64,000 bases of DNA from Acidobacteriota bacterium (GCA_965217775.1 CBDCJH010000002.1:4736001-4800000); one strand, 5' to 3'; positions 1-11,113 are shown, counted from the first letter of the stretch. Program-made: numbers and translations. The notes: generated from the letters alone by a model not told the origin.

Positions 1-609
1 GAAGATCCCTTCCGGCCGGTCTTCCTGGACCAGGACGGGCGGGTTCGAGCCTTCGGCCAGGATCTGCCCGGGCGGCCGAGCGGGTCCGGGTACGTGTTCA
101 CCGGCGTCCAGATCCTCTCCGCCGCCGTCCTGGACCTGATTCCGGAGGGCCCCTCGGACCTGGTCAAGCACATCTACGAACCGCTGGTGGCCCAGCGCGG
201 CCCGGTCATGGGTTTCGTCAGCCGGGCCCATTGGTTCGAGTGCAGCACCCCCGAACGGTACCTGGAAAAGTCCCTGGGGCTGCTTGCGCGAAGAGGTCTG
301 AACGCTCTGCCGGAGGGTTCGGGTGGTAAGGATTGCCGGAGCGTGGTTCTGGGGCGCGACGCCCGGGTCCCGGAGGGGACCTCGCTCGAGCGCTGTGTGG
401 TCTGGGACGGCGCCGCCCTGGGCGCGCGTTGCCGGCTGCGAGACTCCATCGTGGCCGGTGAGGTGGAGATTCCGGCCGGGACCCGGCTCTCCCGCGTGGT
501 CGTCACTCCTCCCTTCCCAGAAACGCTGCGACCCACCGGTGAGGCGCAGCCGGGTTACTGGACCTGGCCCCTGGAAGGACGCCGGCCGGGAAAGGAAAAT
601 ACCCGATAG
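1..609 (+). CDS. NDP-sugar nucleotidyltransferase (MurU/Mannose-1-P guanylyltransferase-like), 5'-truncated by window edge
   Basis: Frame open from base 1; YVFTGVQILS and WFECSTPERY motifs, C-terminal left-handed beta-helix-like repeats (LERCVVWDGA, LRDSIV); adjacent to an AmgK-like kinase. Confidence 0.75.
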   Translation, partial: EDPFRPVFLDQDGRVRAFGQDLPGRPSGSGYVFTGVQILSAAVLDLIPEGPSDLVKHIYEPLVAQRGPVMGFVSRAHWFECSTPERYLEKSLGLLARRGLNALPEGSGGKDCRSVVLGRDARVPEGTSLERCVVWDGAALGARCRLRDSIVAGEVEIPAGTRLSRVVVTPPFPETLRPTGEAQPGYWTWPLEGRRPGKENTR

Positions 610-644
610 AGGGCCACCCCGCTGCGGTAGAGTGGGCGTGAGCC

Positions 645-1637
645 ATGTACCTCGACGAGCGGATCCAGCGGTTTCTGGAAAAGGAGCTTCCCGGCGCCAG
701 GGGGATCCGGAAACTGAAAGGAGACGCCTCCACCCGCGAATACTTCAGATGCGGGGTCTCGGAATCGGAGACCGCGATCCTGACCCTGTACCCGGAACCC
801 TTCGATCCGGCCGAATCGACTTATGTTCAGGTTTATCGACTGCTCGACCGAATCGGCTTGCCGATTCCGCGGATCTATGCCGTGGACGGGGATCTGGGTG
901 TGGTGCTGCAGGAAGACCTCGGGGACATGACCCTGGAACGGCGCCTGTGCGGGGCGGGAAACCGGGAGCGGAAACGGCTGCTGGGTCAGGCCGCCGAGCA
1001 CCTGATCGTCCTCCAGCGAGAGGGACCCCAGGCGGCGGACCCGGGCTGGCCGGTGCTGCAATTGGCCTTCGACCTGGAGAAACTGACCTGGGAGCTCCAG
1101 TTCTTCCGGCGCCACTATCTGGAAGGGTACTCCTCCCTCCGCGTGGAGGGTGAGAGGCTCGCTTCGGAGTTCCTGGCGCTCTGCAGCGAGCTTTCCGAGG
1201 CCGAGCGATTCGTCTGCCACCGGGACTACCAGGTCCGGAACCTGATGCTGAAGGAGGGACGGGTCTACATGATCGACTTCCAGGACGCCCGCCTCGGACC
1301 CCAGGCTTATGACTTGGTGTCGCTGCTGATGGATTCCATCGATCTGACTCCAGGTGAGGTCGAGGAGCTCGTGGACTTCTACCTGCAGCGGGGAGCCCCG
1401 GCGGTGGACGCCCGCCGGTTTCGACGCCAGTTCCATCTCACGGCTATTCAGAGACTTCTGAAGGCGTTGGGCACCTTCGGGTACCAGGCTGGAGTACTGG
1501 GGAGGGAGTCGTACCGGGCCTACATTCCGGGAACCCTGGAGCGGGTCGCCGCCGCCTTGAAGACGATTCCCGAGTTCCCCTATATTCGTGGTCTGGTCGA
1601 GGCGCAGGTGGCTGCGGCAGGGCGGGTTTCATGCTGA
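645..1637 (+). CDS. Aminoglycoside phosphotransferase family protein (AmgK-like anomeric MurNAc/GlcNAc kinase)
   Basis: [52 protein letters not shown] motifs. Confidence 0.85.
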   Translation: MYLDERIQRFLEKELPGARGIRKLKGDASTREYFRCGVSESETAILTLYPEPFDPAESTYVQVYRLLDRIGLPIPRIYAVDGDLGVVLQEDLGDMTLERRLCGAGNRERKRLLGQAAEHLIVLQREGPQAADPGWPVLQLAFDLEKLTWELQFFRRHYLEGYSSLRVEGERLASEFLALCSELSEAERFVCHRDYQVRNLMLKEGRVYMIDFQDARLGPQAYDLVSLLMDSIDLTPGEVEELVDFYLQRGAPAVDARRFRRQFHLTAIQRLLKALGTFGYQAGVLGRESYRAYIPGTLERVAAALKTIPEFPYIRGLVEAQVAAAGRVSC

Positions 1638-2926
1638 CCCAGGTCTACATTCGAGATGTCCCGGCCCACGTGGGACGCGAGATCAGCATCAGGGGTTGGC
1701 TCTACAACAAGACCCACAAGGGACGATTGTGGTTCCTCCTGGTCCGTGACGGGACCGGTGTGATCCAGTCGGTCCTGTTCAAGGGGAACGTCGCCCCCGG
1801 CGTTTTCGAAGCCGCCGAGGCGCTGACTCAGGAATCCTCCCTCCGGATTACCGGGACCGTCCGGCGGGACAAGCGGGCTCCCGGCGGCTACGAATTGGAC
1901 GCCAGGGCCATGGAGGTGGTGCAGATCGCGGAAAGCTACCCCATCACTCCCAAGGAGCACGGAACCTCCTTTCTCATGGATCACCGCCATCTCTGGCTGA
2001 GGTCGTCGCGGCAGCACGCGATCCTGCGGCTTCGGCATCAGTTGATCAAGGCCGCTCGCGACTTCTTCGACGGGCGGGGATTCGTGCTGGTGGACACGCC
2101 GATCCTGACCCCGGTGGCGTGCGAAGGGACGACGAATCTCTTCCCGGTGAAGTACTTCGACACGCCGGCCTATCTGAGCCAGAGCGGACAACTGTACAGC
2201 GAGGCCTCCTGCATGGCCTTCGGCAAGGTCTACTGCTTCGGCCCCACCTTCCGCGCCGAGAAATCCAAGACCCGCCGGCACCTGATGGAGTTCTGGATGG
2301 TGGAGCCGGAAGTGGCCTACGCCGATCTGGACGACATCATGGTCCTGGCCGAGGAGTTCGTCTCCTACCTGGTGGCCGAAGCCCTGCGGGAAGGCGAGGA
2401 GGAACTGTCGATCCTGGGACGGGACACCGGACCGCTGGAGAAGGTGACACCTCCGTTTCCCAGGCTCACTTATGCCGAAGCCTTCGATCTGCTGGAGCAG
2501 GAGGGCAGCGAGACGCCTCGGGGAGCGGACCTGGGAGGAACCGACGAGACCATCGTCTCATCCCGGTTCGACCGGCCGGTCATGGTTCACCGCTATCCCG
2601 CGGCCGTCAAGGGCTTCTACATGGAGCCGGATCCGGAGAACCCGGACCTGGCCCTCTGCATGGACATGCTGGCGCCGGAGGGATACGGCGAGATCATCGG
2701 GGGAAGCCAGCGGATCCACGACTACGATCTCCTGATGGAACGGGTGCGGGAGCACGATCTTCCCGCCGAGCCTCTCTCCTGGTACCTGGATTTGCGGAAG
2801 TACGGCAGCGTGCCCCACTCCGGTTTCGGCCTGGGAATCGAACGCGTCCTCTCCTGGGTCTGCGGGATCCCCCACGTCCGGGAGACCATTCCCTTTCCCA
2901 GGATGCTCCACCGGCTGTTCCCTTGA
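1631..2926 (+). CDS. asnS: Asparagine--tRNA ligase
   Basis: OB-fold N-terminus, [53 protein letters not shown]. Confidence 0.95.
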   Translation: MLTQVYIRDVPAHVGREISIRGWLYNKTHKGRLWFLLVRDGTGVIQSVLFKGNVAPGVFEAAEALTQESSLRITGTVRRDKRAPGGYELDARAMEVVQIAESYPITPKEHGTSFLMDHRHLWLRSSRQHAILRLRHQLIKAARDFFDGRGFVLVDTPILTPVACEGTTNLFPVKYFDTPAYLSQSGQLYSEASCMAFGKVYCFGPTFRAEKSKTRRHLMEFWMVEPEVAYADLDDIMVLAEEFVSYLVAEALREGEEELSILGRDTGPLEKVTPPFPRLTYAEAFDLLEQEGSETPRGADLGGTDETIVSSRFDRPVMVHRYPAAVKGFYMEPDPENPDLALCMDMLAPEGYGEIIGGSQRIHDYDLLMERVREHDLPAEPLSWYLDLRKYGSVPHSGFGLGIERVLSWVCGIPHVRETIPFPRMLHRLFP

Positions 2927-3151
2927 CGGACGGCGGTGAATGGAGACCTGGGAGTCTGCGCGGTAGGAATGATCGTAGCGAGAAAGCGGGGAATCGAGGC
3001 CGGATTTTCTCGATTTTGAGGTGCATAGTTGTTCTATTCGCCGAGAAATCGAGGAAATATGGACCGATTCTACCGCTTTCGCAGTAGATCAATTCCTGCC
3101 GCGCAGGCTCCTGGGTCCGCAATTGGTATGATTCATCCCCAGAGGGAGCCC

Positions 3152-4090
3152 ATGGAGACCCGTTTGCTGGACGGCAAGAAGATCGCCGCCCAGGTCAAGA
3201 GTGAATTGTCGCAAGAGATCCGGAAGCTGAGGGCGGAAGACGTGATTCCGGGTCTGGCCACGGTCCTGGTGGGAGAGAACCCGGCCTCGCGCTTCTATGT
3301 GGCCAGCAAGATCCGGGCCTGCCGCGAGTTGGGAATGCATTCGGAAGCGGTGGAGCTCCCGGCGGAGGCCACCACCGGGGAACTGCTGGCGGTCGTCCAC
3401 AGCCTCAACGAATCGGACCGGATCGACGCCATCCTGGTTCAGATGCCCCTGCCTTCCCACATCGACACCCAGCGGACGCTGCTGGCGGTTCGGCCCGACA
3501 AGGACGTGGACGGGTTCCACCCGGTGAACACGGGGAGACTCTGCGCCGGCAATCCGGGTCTGGTGCCCTGTACGCCGCAGGGAATCATGGAACTGCTGTT
3601 CCGCGAGGGGATTCCGCTCCGGGGGGCCGAGGCGGTGGTGGTGGGAAGAAGCAACATCGTGGGCAAGCCCATGTTTTTTCTGCTGCTGCAGGAGCACGCC
3701 ACGGTGACCGTCTGTCACTCCCGCACCCGGGACCTGCCCCGGGTCTGCCGCCGCGCCGACATTCTGATCGCCGCGGTGGGCCGGCCGGCTCTGGTCACGC
3801 GGGACTACATCAAGAGGGGCGCCGTCGTGGTCGACGTGGGGGTCAACCTGCTCCGGGACCGGAAAGAGGTGCTGCGCCTGTTCGGCGACGGGTCGCGCAA
3901 GTTGGCGGCGTTCGACAAGAGGGGCTCGGTGCTGGTGGGTGACGTCCATCCCCAGGCCTCGCCGGGATGGGCGGCGGCGGTGACGCCGGTGCCGGGCGGA
4001 GTCGGCCCCTTGACCATCGCGCTCCTGATGAGAAATACGGTTCGAGCCTGCCGGCAAAGACGGGGGAGAGTCGGCGCGTTGTCGCAATAG
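3152..4090 (+). CDS. folD: Bifunctional methylenetetrahydrofolate dehydrogenase/cyclohydrolase
   Basis: LLDGKKIA, KDVDGFHPVN, PCTP, GRSNIVGKP, TPVPGGVGPLT; start at ATG 3152 after GGGAG. Confidence 0.95.
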   Translation: METRLLDGKKIAAQVKSELSQEIRKLRAEDVIPGLATVLVGENPASRFYVASKIRACRELGMHSEAVELPAEATTGELLAVVHSLNESDRIDAILVQMPLPSHIDTQRTLLAVRPDKDVDGFHPVNTGRLCAGNPGLVPCTPQGIMELLFREGIPLRGAEAVVVGRSNIVGKPMFFLLLQEHATVTVCHSRTRDLPRVCRRADILIAAVGRPALVTRDYIKRGAVVVDVGVNLLRDRKEVLRLFGDGSRKLAAFDKRGSVLVGDVHPQASPGWAAAVTPVPGGVGPLTIALLMRNTVRACRQRRGRVGALSQ

Positions 4091-4104
4091 ATCCTGGGGG
4101 GACC

Positions 4105-5076
4105 ATGAACGAGATCAGAAAAACCAACAGACTGTGGGTCGCCGCCGGGTGCCTGCTGCTACTGGCCGCTTCGTCGGTTCAGGTGAACCAGGTCAAGAAG
4201 GTCAAAGTGGGCAAGGCTCCCAACTTCTCCACTCTGGGCCCGGACGGGCGCTATCTGTTCGTGACCAACTTCGCCTCGGACGAGGTCTCGATCGTCAACT
4301 GCGCTACCCACGAAACGGAAAAGAGCTTCTACGCCGGCTTCAAGCCGCTGGGAATCGCGATTTCGCCCAGCGGAGACCGGATCTACGTCACCAACTTCCA
4401 GTCCGGTCTGGTCAAGGTAGTGGACGGAAGGACCTACCGGATCATCGACGACGTCAAGGTGGGCGGAATGCCCACCGACGTGGTGGTGTCTCCCCGGGGG
4501 CACACCATCTACGTGGCCAATTACGGCCGGGGCCGAGTCGGACGCGTCGATTTCATCGATACGGCTTCCCACCGGGTCACCAAGTCGGTGGAAGTGGGCG
4601 TCCGGCCGCTGGTGGCCGCCATCTCGCCCTTGGGCGAGCAGTTGTACGTTCCGTGTGCCGGCTCCAATGACCTCTATGTGATCGATGCCAACGAAGGACG
4701 CGTGATCAAGGAGATCCCGGTCGGGATCGGTCCCGACGGCATCGCCTTGACTCCCGACGGCGAACGGTTGCTGGTGGCCAACAGCGGGACCAACGACCTC
4801 TCGGTGGTGGACCTGCTCGACATCGAGGAGACACGCCGGGTTCGGGTGGGCGAGCAACCCTTCGCCCTCACCGTGAACGACCAGGGCTACGTCTTCGTGG
4901 TGGAGAGCGGGAGCCGCACGGTATCGATTCTGAGTCCCGAGCTGAAAAAGGTCCGGACCATCGAAGTCGGCAAGAAACCCATCGACATTCAGGTTTCGCC
5001 CGACAGCCGCTTCGTCTACGTCACGGACGAGAAGGAGAATCGGGTCATGGTGCTGAGGATCTTGGGACTGGGTTGA
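4105..5076 (+). CDS. Secreted YVTN/YncE-family beta-propeller protein
   Basis: Signal peptide, repeated P-GIA-SPDG--YVTN/YVAN blades. Confidence 0.85.
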   Translation: MNEIRKTNRLWVAAGCLLLLAASSVQVNQVKKVKVGKAPNFSTLGPDGRYLFVTNFASDEVSIVNCATHETEKSFYAGFKPLGIAISPSGDRIYVTNFQSGLVKVVDGRTYRIIDDVKVGGMPTDVVVSPRGHTIYVANYGRGRVGRVDFIDTASHRVTKSVEVGVRPLVAAISPLGEQLYVPCAGSNDLYVIDANEGRVIKEIPVGIGPDGIALTPDGERLLVANSGTNDLSVVDLLDIEETRRVRVGEQPFALTVNDQGYVFVVESGSRTVSILSPELKKVRTIEVGKKPIDIQVSPDSRFVYVTDEKENRVMVLRILGLG

Positions 5077-5160
5077 CTTCCGACTCGTCTCGAGTGACGC
5101 ACGCCGCCGGCGGAGTCTGCGCCTTCACCCGGTTTTTGAGACTACGCCGGATCAATGACG

Positions 5161-5174
5161 GAAAGGGACAGTCT
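5161..5174. repeat. GAAAGGGACAGTCT motif, inverted partner of the 6616-7017 repeats
   Basis: Exact reverse complement of AGACTGTCCCTTTC at 7003-7016. Confidence 0.6.
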
Positions 5175-5264
5175 CGATTCCGGTGCTCTCCTTCCACGAT
5201 TCCCCAGTTTCGATTCCCCGATCCATGTGTGCCACGGCAGCGAAAAAGCGTACCGGTACAAGCC

Positions 5265-5501
5265 TCATCGGAGACGGCGCCGATTCGAATTGGCCGATGC
5301 CACACGGGTGCGACCGTGGAGTGGAGTGCGGTTCAGCCGCCATGGTGAGGCTAAGTTGTAGCTTGGTTTTATTTCTACCCCGAGTCTATTGAGATCCTTC
5401 TCCAGCCGTTCATGCGCGGCGACAACGCTAGTATCGATCTTCGCATTCCGACTGAGCGTTTCTTCTCGATTCGGGAGCGAAATAGAGTGTTTGGTGCTCA
5501 T
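5265..5501 (-). CDS. Hypothetical 78-aa protein
   Basis: ATG 1 nt after the stop of the upstream protease gene; same AT-richer composition. Confidence 0.6.
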   Translation of the reverse strand: MSTKHSISLPNREETLSRNAKIDTSVVAAHERLEKDLNRLGVEIKPSYNLASPWRLNRTPLHGRTRVASANSNRRRLR

Positions 5502-5502
5502 C

Positions 5503-6513
5503 TCAAAAGAACCCCCTTGAGTGGATGAAGGACATTAGTCGCTGCCGAACCATGTAGTCCCGCAACAGTTCAAAATAGGTTCTAACATTTCTATGCAGAG
5601 TTGGCAGGTTCGCGAGATTTTCGATTTTGACGCCAACTTCGTCACGCAGCGTGTTCATGTCTATTCCACGCGCGTGCGAATGCCACCGCTCAGTGTCGTT
5701 GAGCAGGGTTGCGATTTCTTGTGCCCGTCGCTCTCTCAACTCCTGGGTCACCTCCACACCTCTCGTCTCAGTATGGGTCCACCCCTTGAATTTGTATTGC
5801 GACAACCAATTGACGAGTAGCTCTATAGACAGTTCCCGGGCCTGTTCGAATTGGTATAGCTCACCAAGGTCGAGTTTACTGAGAAGCGCGTACTCGGCTG
5901 AAGTGAGTTCTCCGTCTTCTGCCTTCTGGTTTAGGCGCTCGTACTGATTCAGGTAAGAAAGGGCTGGCACCAGATCGTCGCCTTTCTCGAACTGGGGATC
6001 AACAGGTCCCAGCCGCGAGAAATAGTCCATCATAATCCGATCAGCACTCAGAGCGAATATCGTACCCGCTGACATCGCCCGGTCCGGTACTATGACGAGC
6101 ATCTCGTCATAGTTGAAACGAATCGCATCCACCATCCTTTCCACAACCTCGGCCACTCCTCCAGGAGTATGAAGGATCACCGCGACGGCTGGCTTCCTAC
6201 CAGCCCGTGGCAAAAGTCATCACGGCATTCGACCGTCCCTGCATCCCGGCGGACGGCGTTGCTATCGGCTCACATACTCCCGGTATGCACCCGAATCGCG
6301 CCTTGTCCGGCGGGCGCAGGAACGGTCTCGGTGCTCGCGGGACTTTCACCACGGACTGCTACAAGATTGCTCTTCTATCGCACGCCGGAGTGAACGATCG
6401 ACCCCCGGCAAAATCGGACTGACCACGGACACAACATCGGAATCCAACTCGGTACCGATGGCCTCGATGAGCGAGTCAAGCTGCTTTTTGATGTGAGTGT
6501 CAACCGGTTGCAT
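5503..6513 (-). pseudogene. ClpP/SppA-like serine protease (SDH_sah type) interrupted by a MITE
   Basis: Removing 6201-6362 restores a 282-aa ORF MQPVDTHIKK...EEQSCRKPAVAVILHTPGG...AMSAGT...LGPVDPQ...WHSHARGI; the insert carries in-frame stops. Confidence 0.85.
6201..6358 (+). mobile_element. MITE copy 1 (158 bp)
   Basis: TIRs CAGCCCGTGGCAAAAGTC / GACTTTCACCACGGACTG; TSD CTAC at 6197-6200 and 6359-6362. Confidence 0.92.
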
Positions 6514-6615
6514 CTAGCTTTAGCCGCTGCCTTTCATTGAAACAGCCCCGGGCCACAAGACAATTGGTGTCATCGTGAGAGGGGCGCCACCTCCACCTAC
6601 TGCACCTGCGGGAAC

Positions 6616-7017
6616 GAAAAATAGACTGTCCCCTTCTTGTATGTCCGGCGGGGAGTCGATTCTCACCTCTGATGACAACAACGATTCAGAACTGAAAAAG
6701 GCGAAGGAAACTCAAGAAAATCGGCAAGCCTCCCATTTCCGGAAGCAACCGAAGAAACTCGACCAAGTGACCACCTTTGTCGTCTTGGCAGCCGAAGGAG
6801 CCGGCACTATTGTGGTCTGGTCTGTGCCTCCCGTACCGAAATGAAAAATAGACCGTCCCCTTTTTCCCGGGGAAACCGTTCGTAGGGGCGACCCTCGTGG
6901 TCGCCCTCGCCCGGGTCGGCAACCGAGGTTTGGACGAAAGAGGGCACCCACAAGGGGTGCCCCTACGTTTTTTCGTCCCGCGCTTTTTCACCCCGGGAAA
7001 ATAGACTGTCCCTTTCT
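6616..7017. repeat. Three direct repeats GAAAA(A)TAGACYGTCCC(C)TTYYT
   Basis: Copies at 6616-6638, 6843-6865, 6997-7017. Confidence 0.8.
6882..6966. repeat. REPIN-like inverted pair of GTAG-type REP hairpins
   Basis: GTAGGGGCGACCCTCGTGGTCGCCCT (6882-6907) and inverted AGGGCACCCACAAGGGGTGCCCCTAC (6941-6966); outer TTTTCCCGGGG/CCCCGGGAAAA arms. Confidence 0.85.
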
Positions 7018-7030
7018 GGCTCCGCTCAGG

Positions 7031-8026
7031 TCAATCCTTCCGCGCAACGGTGGCCGCCTCCAGTTCCGTTTCCTCCTGCTTGCGAATCGAGTAGTAGACG
7101 ATTCCCGGAAGGGACGACAACATCATCACCACGAAACCGAGCAGGGACAGAGTCACGGACATCTCGGCCGGAACTCCCGCCTGGGAGAAGAGCAGGTAGT
7201 AGGCACTCTCGCGGAGACCGATCCCGTTGATGGTGAGAGGCACCATGATGGTCAGGTTGATCAAGGGAACGAAGACCATGAAGAGAGAGAAGGGCGCTTC
7301 GATCCCGATGCCCTGGGCCGTCACCCAGACCACGGCCACCGCTCCGGCCTGGATGGGAAGCGACACCACGGCTACGGAGGCCATCTTGCCAGGATTCTGC
7401 TTCAGGGTGTCCAGGCCCTGGTAGACGAGCTCCATCTTCCGAGTCAGGGAATGGAAACCGAACCTCTGCAGCATGGAGGTCATCCGGCCGTGGGTCCAGG
7501 AGTGGAAGAGCATCACGTTGGCAACCGCATACACGGCGCACGCGGCGACGAATATGTGGAGGGAAGAAAGCCCGGCGATCTTCTGGGGGACGACGAGCGA
7601 GGCGGCGAGACCGATGAGCAACAGGCCGCAGAGGCCACCGCTACGTTCCAGCATGCTGGTGGTGAGGGTCGTGGACATGCCCCGGCCCGTGCCCTTGGAG
7701 AGATAGTAGGCGCGGAAGACGTCGCCGCCGATGGCCGACGGCAGGAACAGGTTGAAGAACGCGCCGATGAAGACGAGCTTGGTGAGCGGATACCAACACT
7801 GGTAGATGCTGAAGTTCTCGAGAACGATCCTCCAGCGGAGCGCGGAGAGCAGCAGCGTCAGGATCTGAATCGAAACCGCCAGCAGCAGGAATTCGGGACG
7901 GGCGCCGGCCACCACGCGGAGCAACTGGGACAGGTCCAGCCGGCTCAGGACCAGAATCAGAAAGGAGAAGCTCAGGATCAGCTTCAGGACGAGCTTGACC
8001 CGGGCCTGCGGCAACCAGGAATTCAC
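7031..8026 (-). CDS. Lysylphosphatidylglycerol synthase TM / flippase-like membrane protein (UPF0104)
   Basis: [40 protein letters not shown]; GTG start overlapping the secA stop. Confidence 0.85.
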   Translation of the reverse strand: MNSWLPQARVKLVLKLILSFSFLILVLSRLDLSQLLRVVAGARPEFLLLAVSIQILTLLLSALRWRIVLENFSIYQCWYPLTKLVFIGAFFNLFLPSAIGGDVFRAYYLSKGTGRGMSTTLTTSMLERSGGLCGLLLIGLAASLVVPQKIAGLSSLHIFVAACAVYAVANVMLFHSWTHGRMTSMLQRFGFHSLTRKMELVYQGLDTLKQNPGKMASVAVVSLPIQAGAVAVVWVTAQGIGIEAPFSLFMVFVPLINLTIMVPLTINGIGLRESAYYLLFSQAGVPAEMSVTLSLLGFVVMMLSSLPGIVYYSIRKQEETELEAATVARKD

Positions 8027-10722
8027 CGGCCGCAGCACTTCTTGTACTTCTTGCCCGAGCCGCAGGGACAGGGTTTGTTTCGACCCACCTTGGGCATGGT
8101 CCGGACCACGGTCTTGACCGCGGCTGCGCTTCTCGCGTCCATGCGACCGGGTTTCGTGCGGCGGGGTTTCGTGCGGCGGGGCGGCGGAGCCGATTCCGGA
8201 CCGGAGTAGGAGACCTGTTGCTGCCGCCGAGCGTGGGCGCCTCGCAGCTCCCGTTCGTCCTCGACGGATATGGGCCGGAGCAGATAGAGCATCCGAACCA
8301 TCTCCTCGGTGGACCGGTTCCAGAGATCCTCGAACAGTTCGAACGATTCGCGTTTGTACTCGACCAGGGGATCCCGCTGTCCATAACCCCTGAGGCCGAT
8401 CCCCTCCTTGAGATGGTCCAACGCCAGAAGGTGATCCTTCCACTGCTGGTCGATGATCTGGAGCATGATCATCCGTTCGTACCAGCGCATGACCTCGGGA
8501 CCGATCTCCGCCTCCTTCGCCTCATACCGCTGGCGGGCCATGGCGGCGAGGCTCTCGTCCAGTTCCGGGCGGTCCATGAGATGAGCGTCCTGGGGCAGTC
8601 CGAGGCCGAAGATCCTCTGGAAGTTGATTCCCAGGCCCTCGAAGTCCCAATTCCGGGGGTCCTCTTCCATGGAGACATGCGAGCCCAACAATTCCTGCAC
8701 CAGTTCGTCCGCCAAGTTGAGGATGTAGAGCTTCTGGTCCTTCCCCTCCAGCAGCTCGCGGCGGAAGCGGTAGATCTCCTCCCGCTGCTTGTTCATCACG
8801 TCGTCGTATTCCAGGAGGTGTTTCCGAATCTCGAAGTTCCGGGCCTCCACCTGCTTCTGGGCCCGTTCGATCTGCCGGGTGATGAGCTTCGACTCGATGG
8901 GGACCCCTTCCTCCATGCCCAGAGACTGCATCAGACCCGAGATCCGATCGGAGCCGAAGATCCTCAGCAGATCGTCCTCCAGAGACAGATAGAAACGGCT
9001 GGACCCCGGGTCCCCCTGGCGGCCGGAGCGGCCTCGCAACTGGTTGTCGATTCTCCTCGACTCGTGACGTTCGGTTCCGATGATGTGGAGGCCGCCGAGT
9101 CGGACCACCTCCTCGTGCTCCCCTTCCCAGGCGGGAAGAAGCTTCTCCAACTCGGCTTCGTACTCCTGGGGATTCTCATCGAACCTGCGGCCTTGGAACT
9201 TCAGTCTGGCCTGAAATTCGGGATTGCCTCCCAGGATGATGTCGGTTCCCCGTCCGGCCATGTTGGTGGCGATGGTGACCGAACCTCCCTTGCCCGCCTG
9301 AGAGATGATTTCCGCTTCCCGCTCGTGATACTTGGCGTTCAGCACCACGTGCTTGATCCGCTTGCGCTTGAGCAGCGTGGAGAGCCGTTCCGACTTATCG
9401 ATGGAGGTGGTGCCCACCAGTACGGGCCGGCCCTGGGCATTGCACTCCCGGATCTCGTCCACGACAGAGATGAACTTCTCCCGCTCCGTCCGGTAGATGA
9501 CGTCCTCGTACTCATCCCGGATGAGGGGTTGGTTGGTGGGAATCACGTTCACCTGGAGCTTGTAGATCTTTTCGAATTCGGGCGCTTCGGTTTCGGCCGT
9601 GCCCGTCATCCCCGCCAGCTTGTCGTACATCCGGAAGTAGTTCTGGAAGGTGATGGTGGCCAAGGTCTGGTTCTCACGCTCGATCGTGACCCCCTCCTTG
9701 GCCTCCAGGGCCTGATGGAGTCCTTCCGAGTATCGGCGGCCGGGCATCAGACGGCCCGTGAACTCGTCGACGATGATGACCTGTCCATCCTTGACCATGT
9801 AGTCGACGTTCCGCTTGAACAGGGCGTGGGCCTTGAGCGCCTGGTGAATGTGGTGAACCAGAGCCATGTTGCGTGGATCGTAGACGTTCTCGACTCCCAG
9901 GAACTTCTCCGCCTTCTCGATCCCTGTCTCCTGCAGCACCACGCTTCTGGCCTTTTCGTCCACCTTGAAGTCTTGCTCGCGGATCAGACGGGGGATCAGG
10001 CGGTCGATCCGAGTGTATTTGCCGGTGGATTCCTCGGAGGGGCCACTGATGATCAACGGAGTCCGTGCTTCGTCCACCAGGATGGAGTCCACCTCGTCCA
10101 CGATGGCGTAGCGGTGGCCGCGCTGGACGCATTCCTGGGCCGAGAACTTCATGTTGTCCCGAAGGTAGTCGAACCCGAACTCGTTGTTGGTGCCGTAGGT
10201 GGTATCGGCGGTGTAGGCGTCGCGCCGGTCCTGGTCCGGCATGTCATGCTGGATCATGCCCACGGAAAGGCCCAGAAAACGGTAGAGGGGACCCATCCAT
10301 TCGGCGTCCCGGCGGGCCAGATAGTCGTTGACCGTCACCAAGTGGACACCTTGGCCCTTCAGGGCGTTCAGATACACCGGGAGAGTCGCCACCAGCGTCT
10401 TCCCCTCTCCCGTCTTCATCTCGGCGATCTTGCCCTCATGGAGCACCGCGCCGCCGATGATCTGCACGTCGTAGTGGCGCATGCGGAGGGTCCGGCGCGA
10501 GGTCTCCCGGACCACCGCGAAGGCTTCCGGCAAGAGGTCCTCCAGGCTCTCGCCCCGCTCCACGCGCTGCTTGAACTCGGGAGTCCTGGCCTTCAGGGCC
10601 GCATCGTCGAGCTTCGAGACCGAAGCCTCCAACTCGTTGACTCGATTGACGATAGGTTGGATACGCTTGAGGTCCCGCTCGTTCTGGGAGCCGAGAATCT
10701 TGGCCAGAATGCGATTGAACAT
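8023..10722 (-). CDS. secA: Preprotein translocase ATPase SecA
   Basis: [55 protein letters not shown]-terminal [13 protein letters not shown]. Confidence 0.98.
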   Translation of the reverse strand: MFNRILAKILGSQNERDLKRIQPIVNRVNELEASVSKLDDAALKARTPEFKQRVERGESLEDLLPEAFAVVRETSRRTLRMRHYDVQIIGGAVLHEGKIAEMKTGEGKTLVATLPVYLNALKGQGVHLVTVNDYLARRDAEWMGPLYRFLGLSVGMIQHDMPDQDRRDAYTADTTYGTNNEFGFDYLRDNMKFSAQECVQRGHRYAIVDEVDSILVDEARTPLIISGPSEESTGKYTRIDRLIPRLIREQDFKVDEKARSVVLQETGIEKAEKFLGVENVYDPRNMALVHHIHQALKAHALFKRNVDYMVKDGQVIIVDEFTGRLMPGRRYSEGLHQALEAKEGVTIERENQTLATITFQNYFRMYDKLAGMTGTAETEAPEFEKIYKLQVNVIPTNQPLIRDEYEDVIYRTEREKFISVVDEIRECNAQGRPVLVGTTSIDKSERLSTLLKRKRIKHVVLNAKYHEREAEIISQAGKGGSVTIATNMAGRGTDIILGGNPEFQARLKFQGRRFDENPQEYEAELEKLLPAWEGEHEEVVRLGGLHIIGTERHESRRIDNQLRGRSGRQGDPGSSRFYLSLEDDLLRIFGSDRISGLMQSLGMEEGVPIESKLITRQIERAQKQVEARNFEIRKHLLEYDDVMNKQREEIYRFRRELLEGKDQKLYILNLADELVQELLGSHVSMEEDPRNWDFEGLGINFQRIFGLGLPQDAHLMDRPELDESLAAMARQRYEAKEAEIGPEVMRWYERMIMLQIIDQQWKDHLLALDHLKEGIGLRGYGQRDPLVEYKRESFELFEDLWNRSTEEMVRMLYLLRPISVEDERELRGAHARRQQQVSYSGPESAPPPRRTKPRRTKPGRMDARSAAAVKTVVRTMPKVGRNKPCPCGSGKKYKKCCGR

Positions 10723-10900
10723 GACTATTCGTAGTTTATCACGTGGACATCAGCGGACCAGTTTCCGCAATCGACCATTCCTGCACATCCGGCAGAACGA
10801 CACCGGTCCATTCTGAGAATTCACAAATTGCAAACTCCGGTCACTGGGTGTTCCACAGTTGGAAAGCCGATGTTTCCAGGCTCCAGCCTCCCGCACCTTG

Positions 10901-11058
10901 CAGTCCGTGGTGAAAGTCGCGCGAGCACCGAGACCGGTCCTGCGCCCGCCGGACAAGGCGCGATGAGGGAGCATACCGGGAGTATGTGAGCCGATAGCAA
11001 CGCCGTCCGCCGGGATGCAGGGACGGTCGAATGCCGTGACGACTTTTGCCACGGGCTG
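10901..11058 (-). mobile_element. MITE copy 2 (158 bp)
   Basis: Same TIRs and body as copy 1 in reverse; TSD CTTG at 10897-10900 and 11059-11062. Confidence 0.92.
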
Positions 11059-11113
11059 CTTGGTTGCCCCACTGTTACTCTGGAGTTCGGCGGCTAGGAA
11101 ACCGCCGCTCCGC

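Noticed and set aside
3840-3940. Insertion in FolD (RDRKEVLRLFGDGSRKLAAFDKRG)
   Set aside because: No TIR or TSD; resembles a lineage-typical FolD loop rather than a mobile insert.
6346-6348. In-frame TGA followed by structured sequence, suggesting selenocysteine read-through
   Set aside because: The TGA belongs to the MITE TIR and is followed by further in-frame TAG and TGA stops.
6616-7017. Possible CRISPR array from three ~22-bp direct repeats
   Set aside because: Intervening segments are about 130-200 bp and unequal, and no cas genes are present.
8149-8182. 15-bp tandem duplication in secA (PRRTK x2)
   Set aside because: Lies in the variable linker before the zinc-binding tail; ordinary slippage.
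8218-10734. Long antisense ORFs (e.g. opposite secA, 11444-13840, 24894-27986, 46540-47856)
   Set aside because: Shadow ORFs expected from high-GC codon bias opposite well-supported genes; no recognisable motifs.
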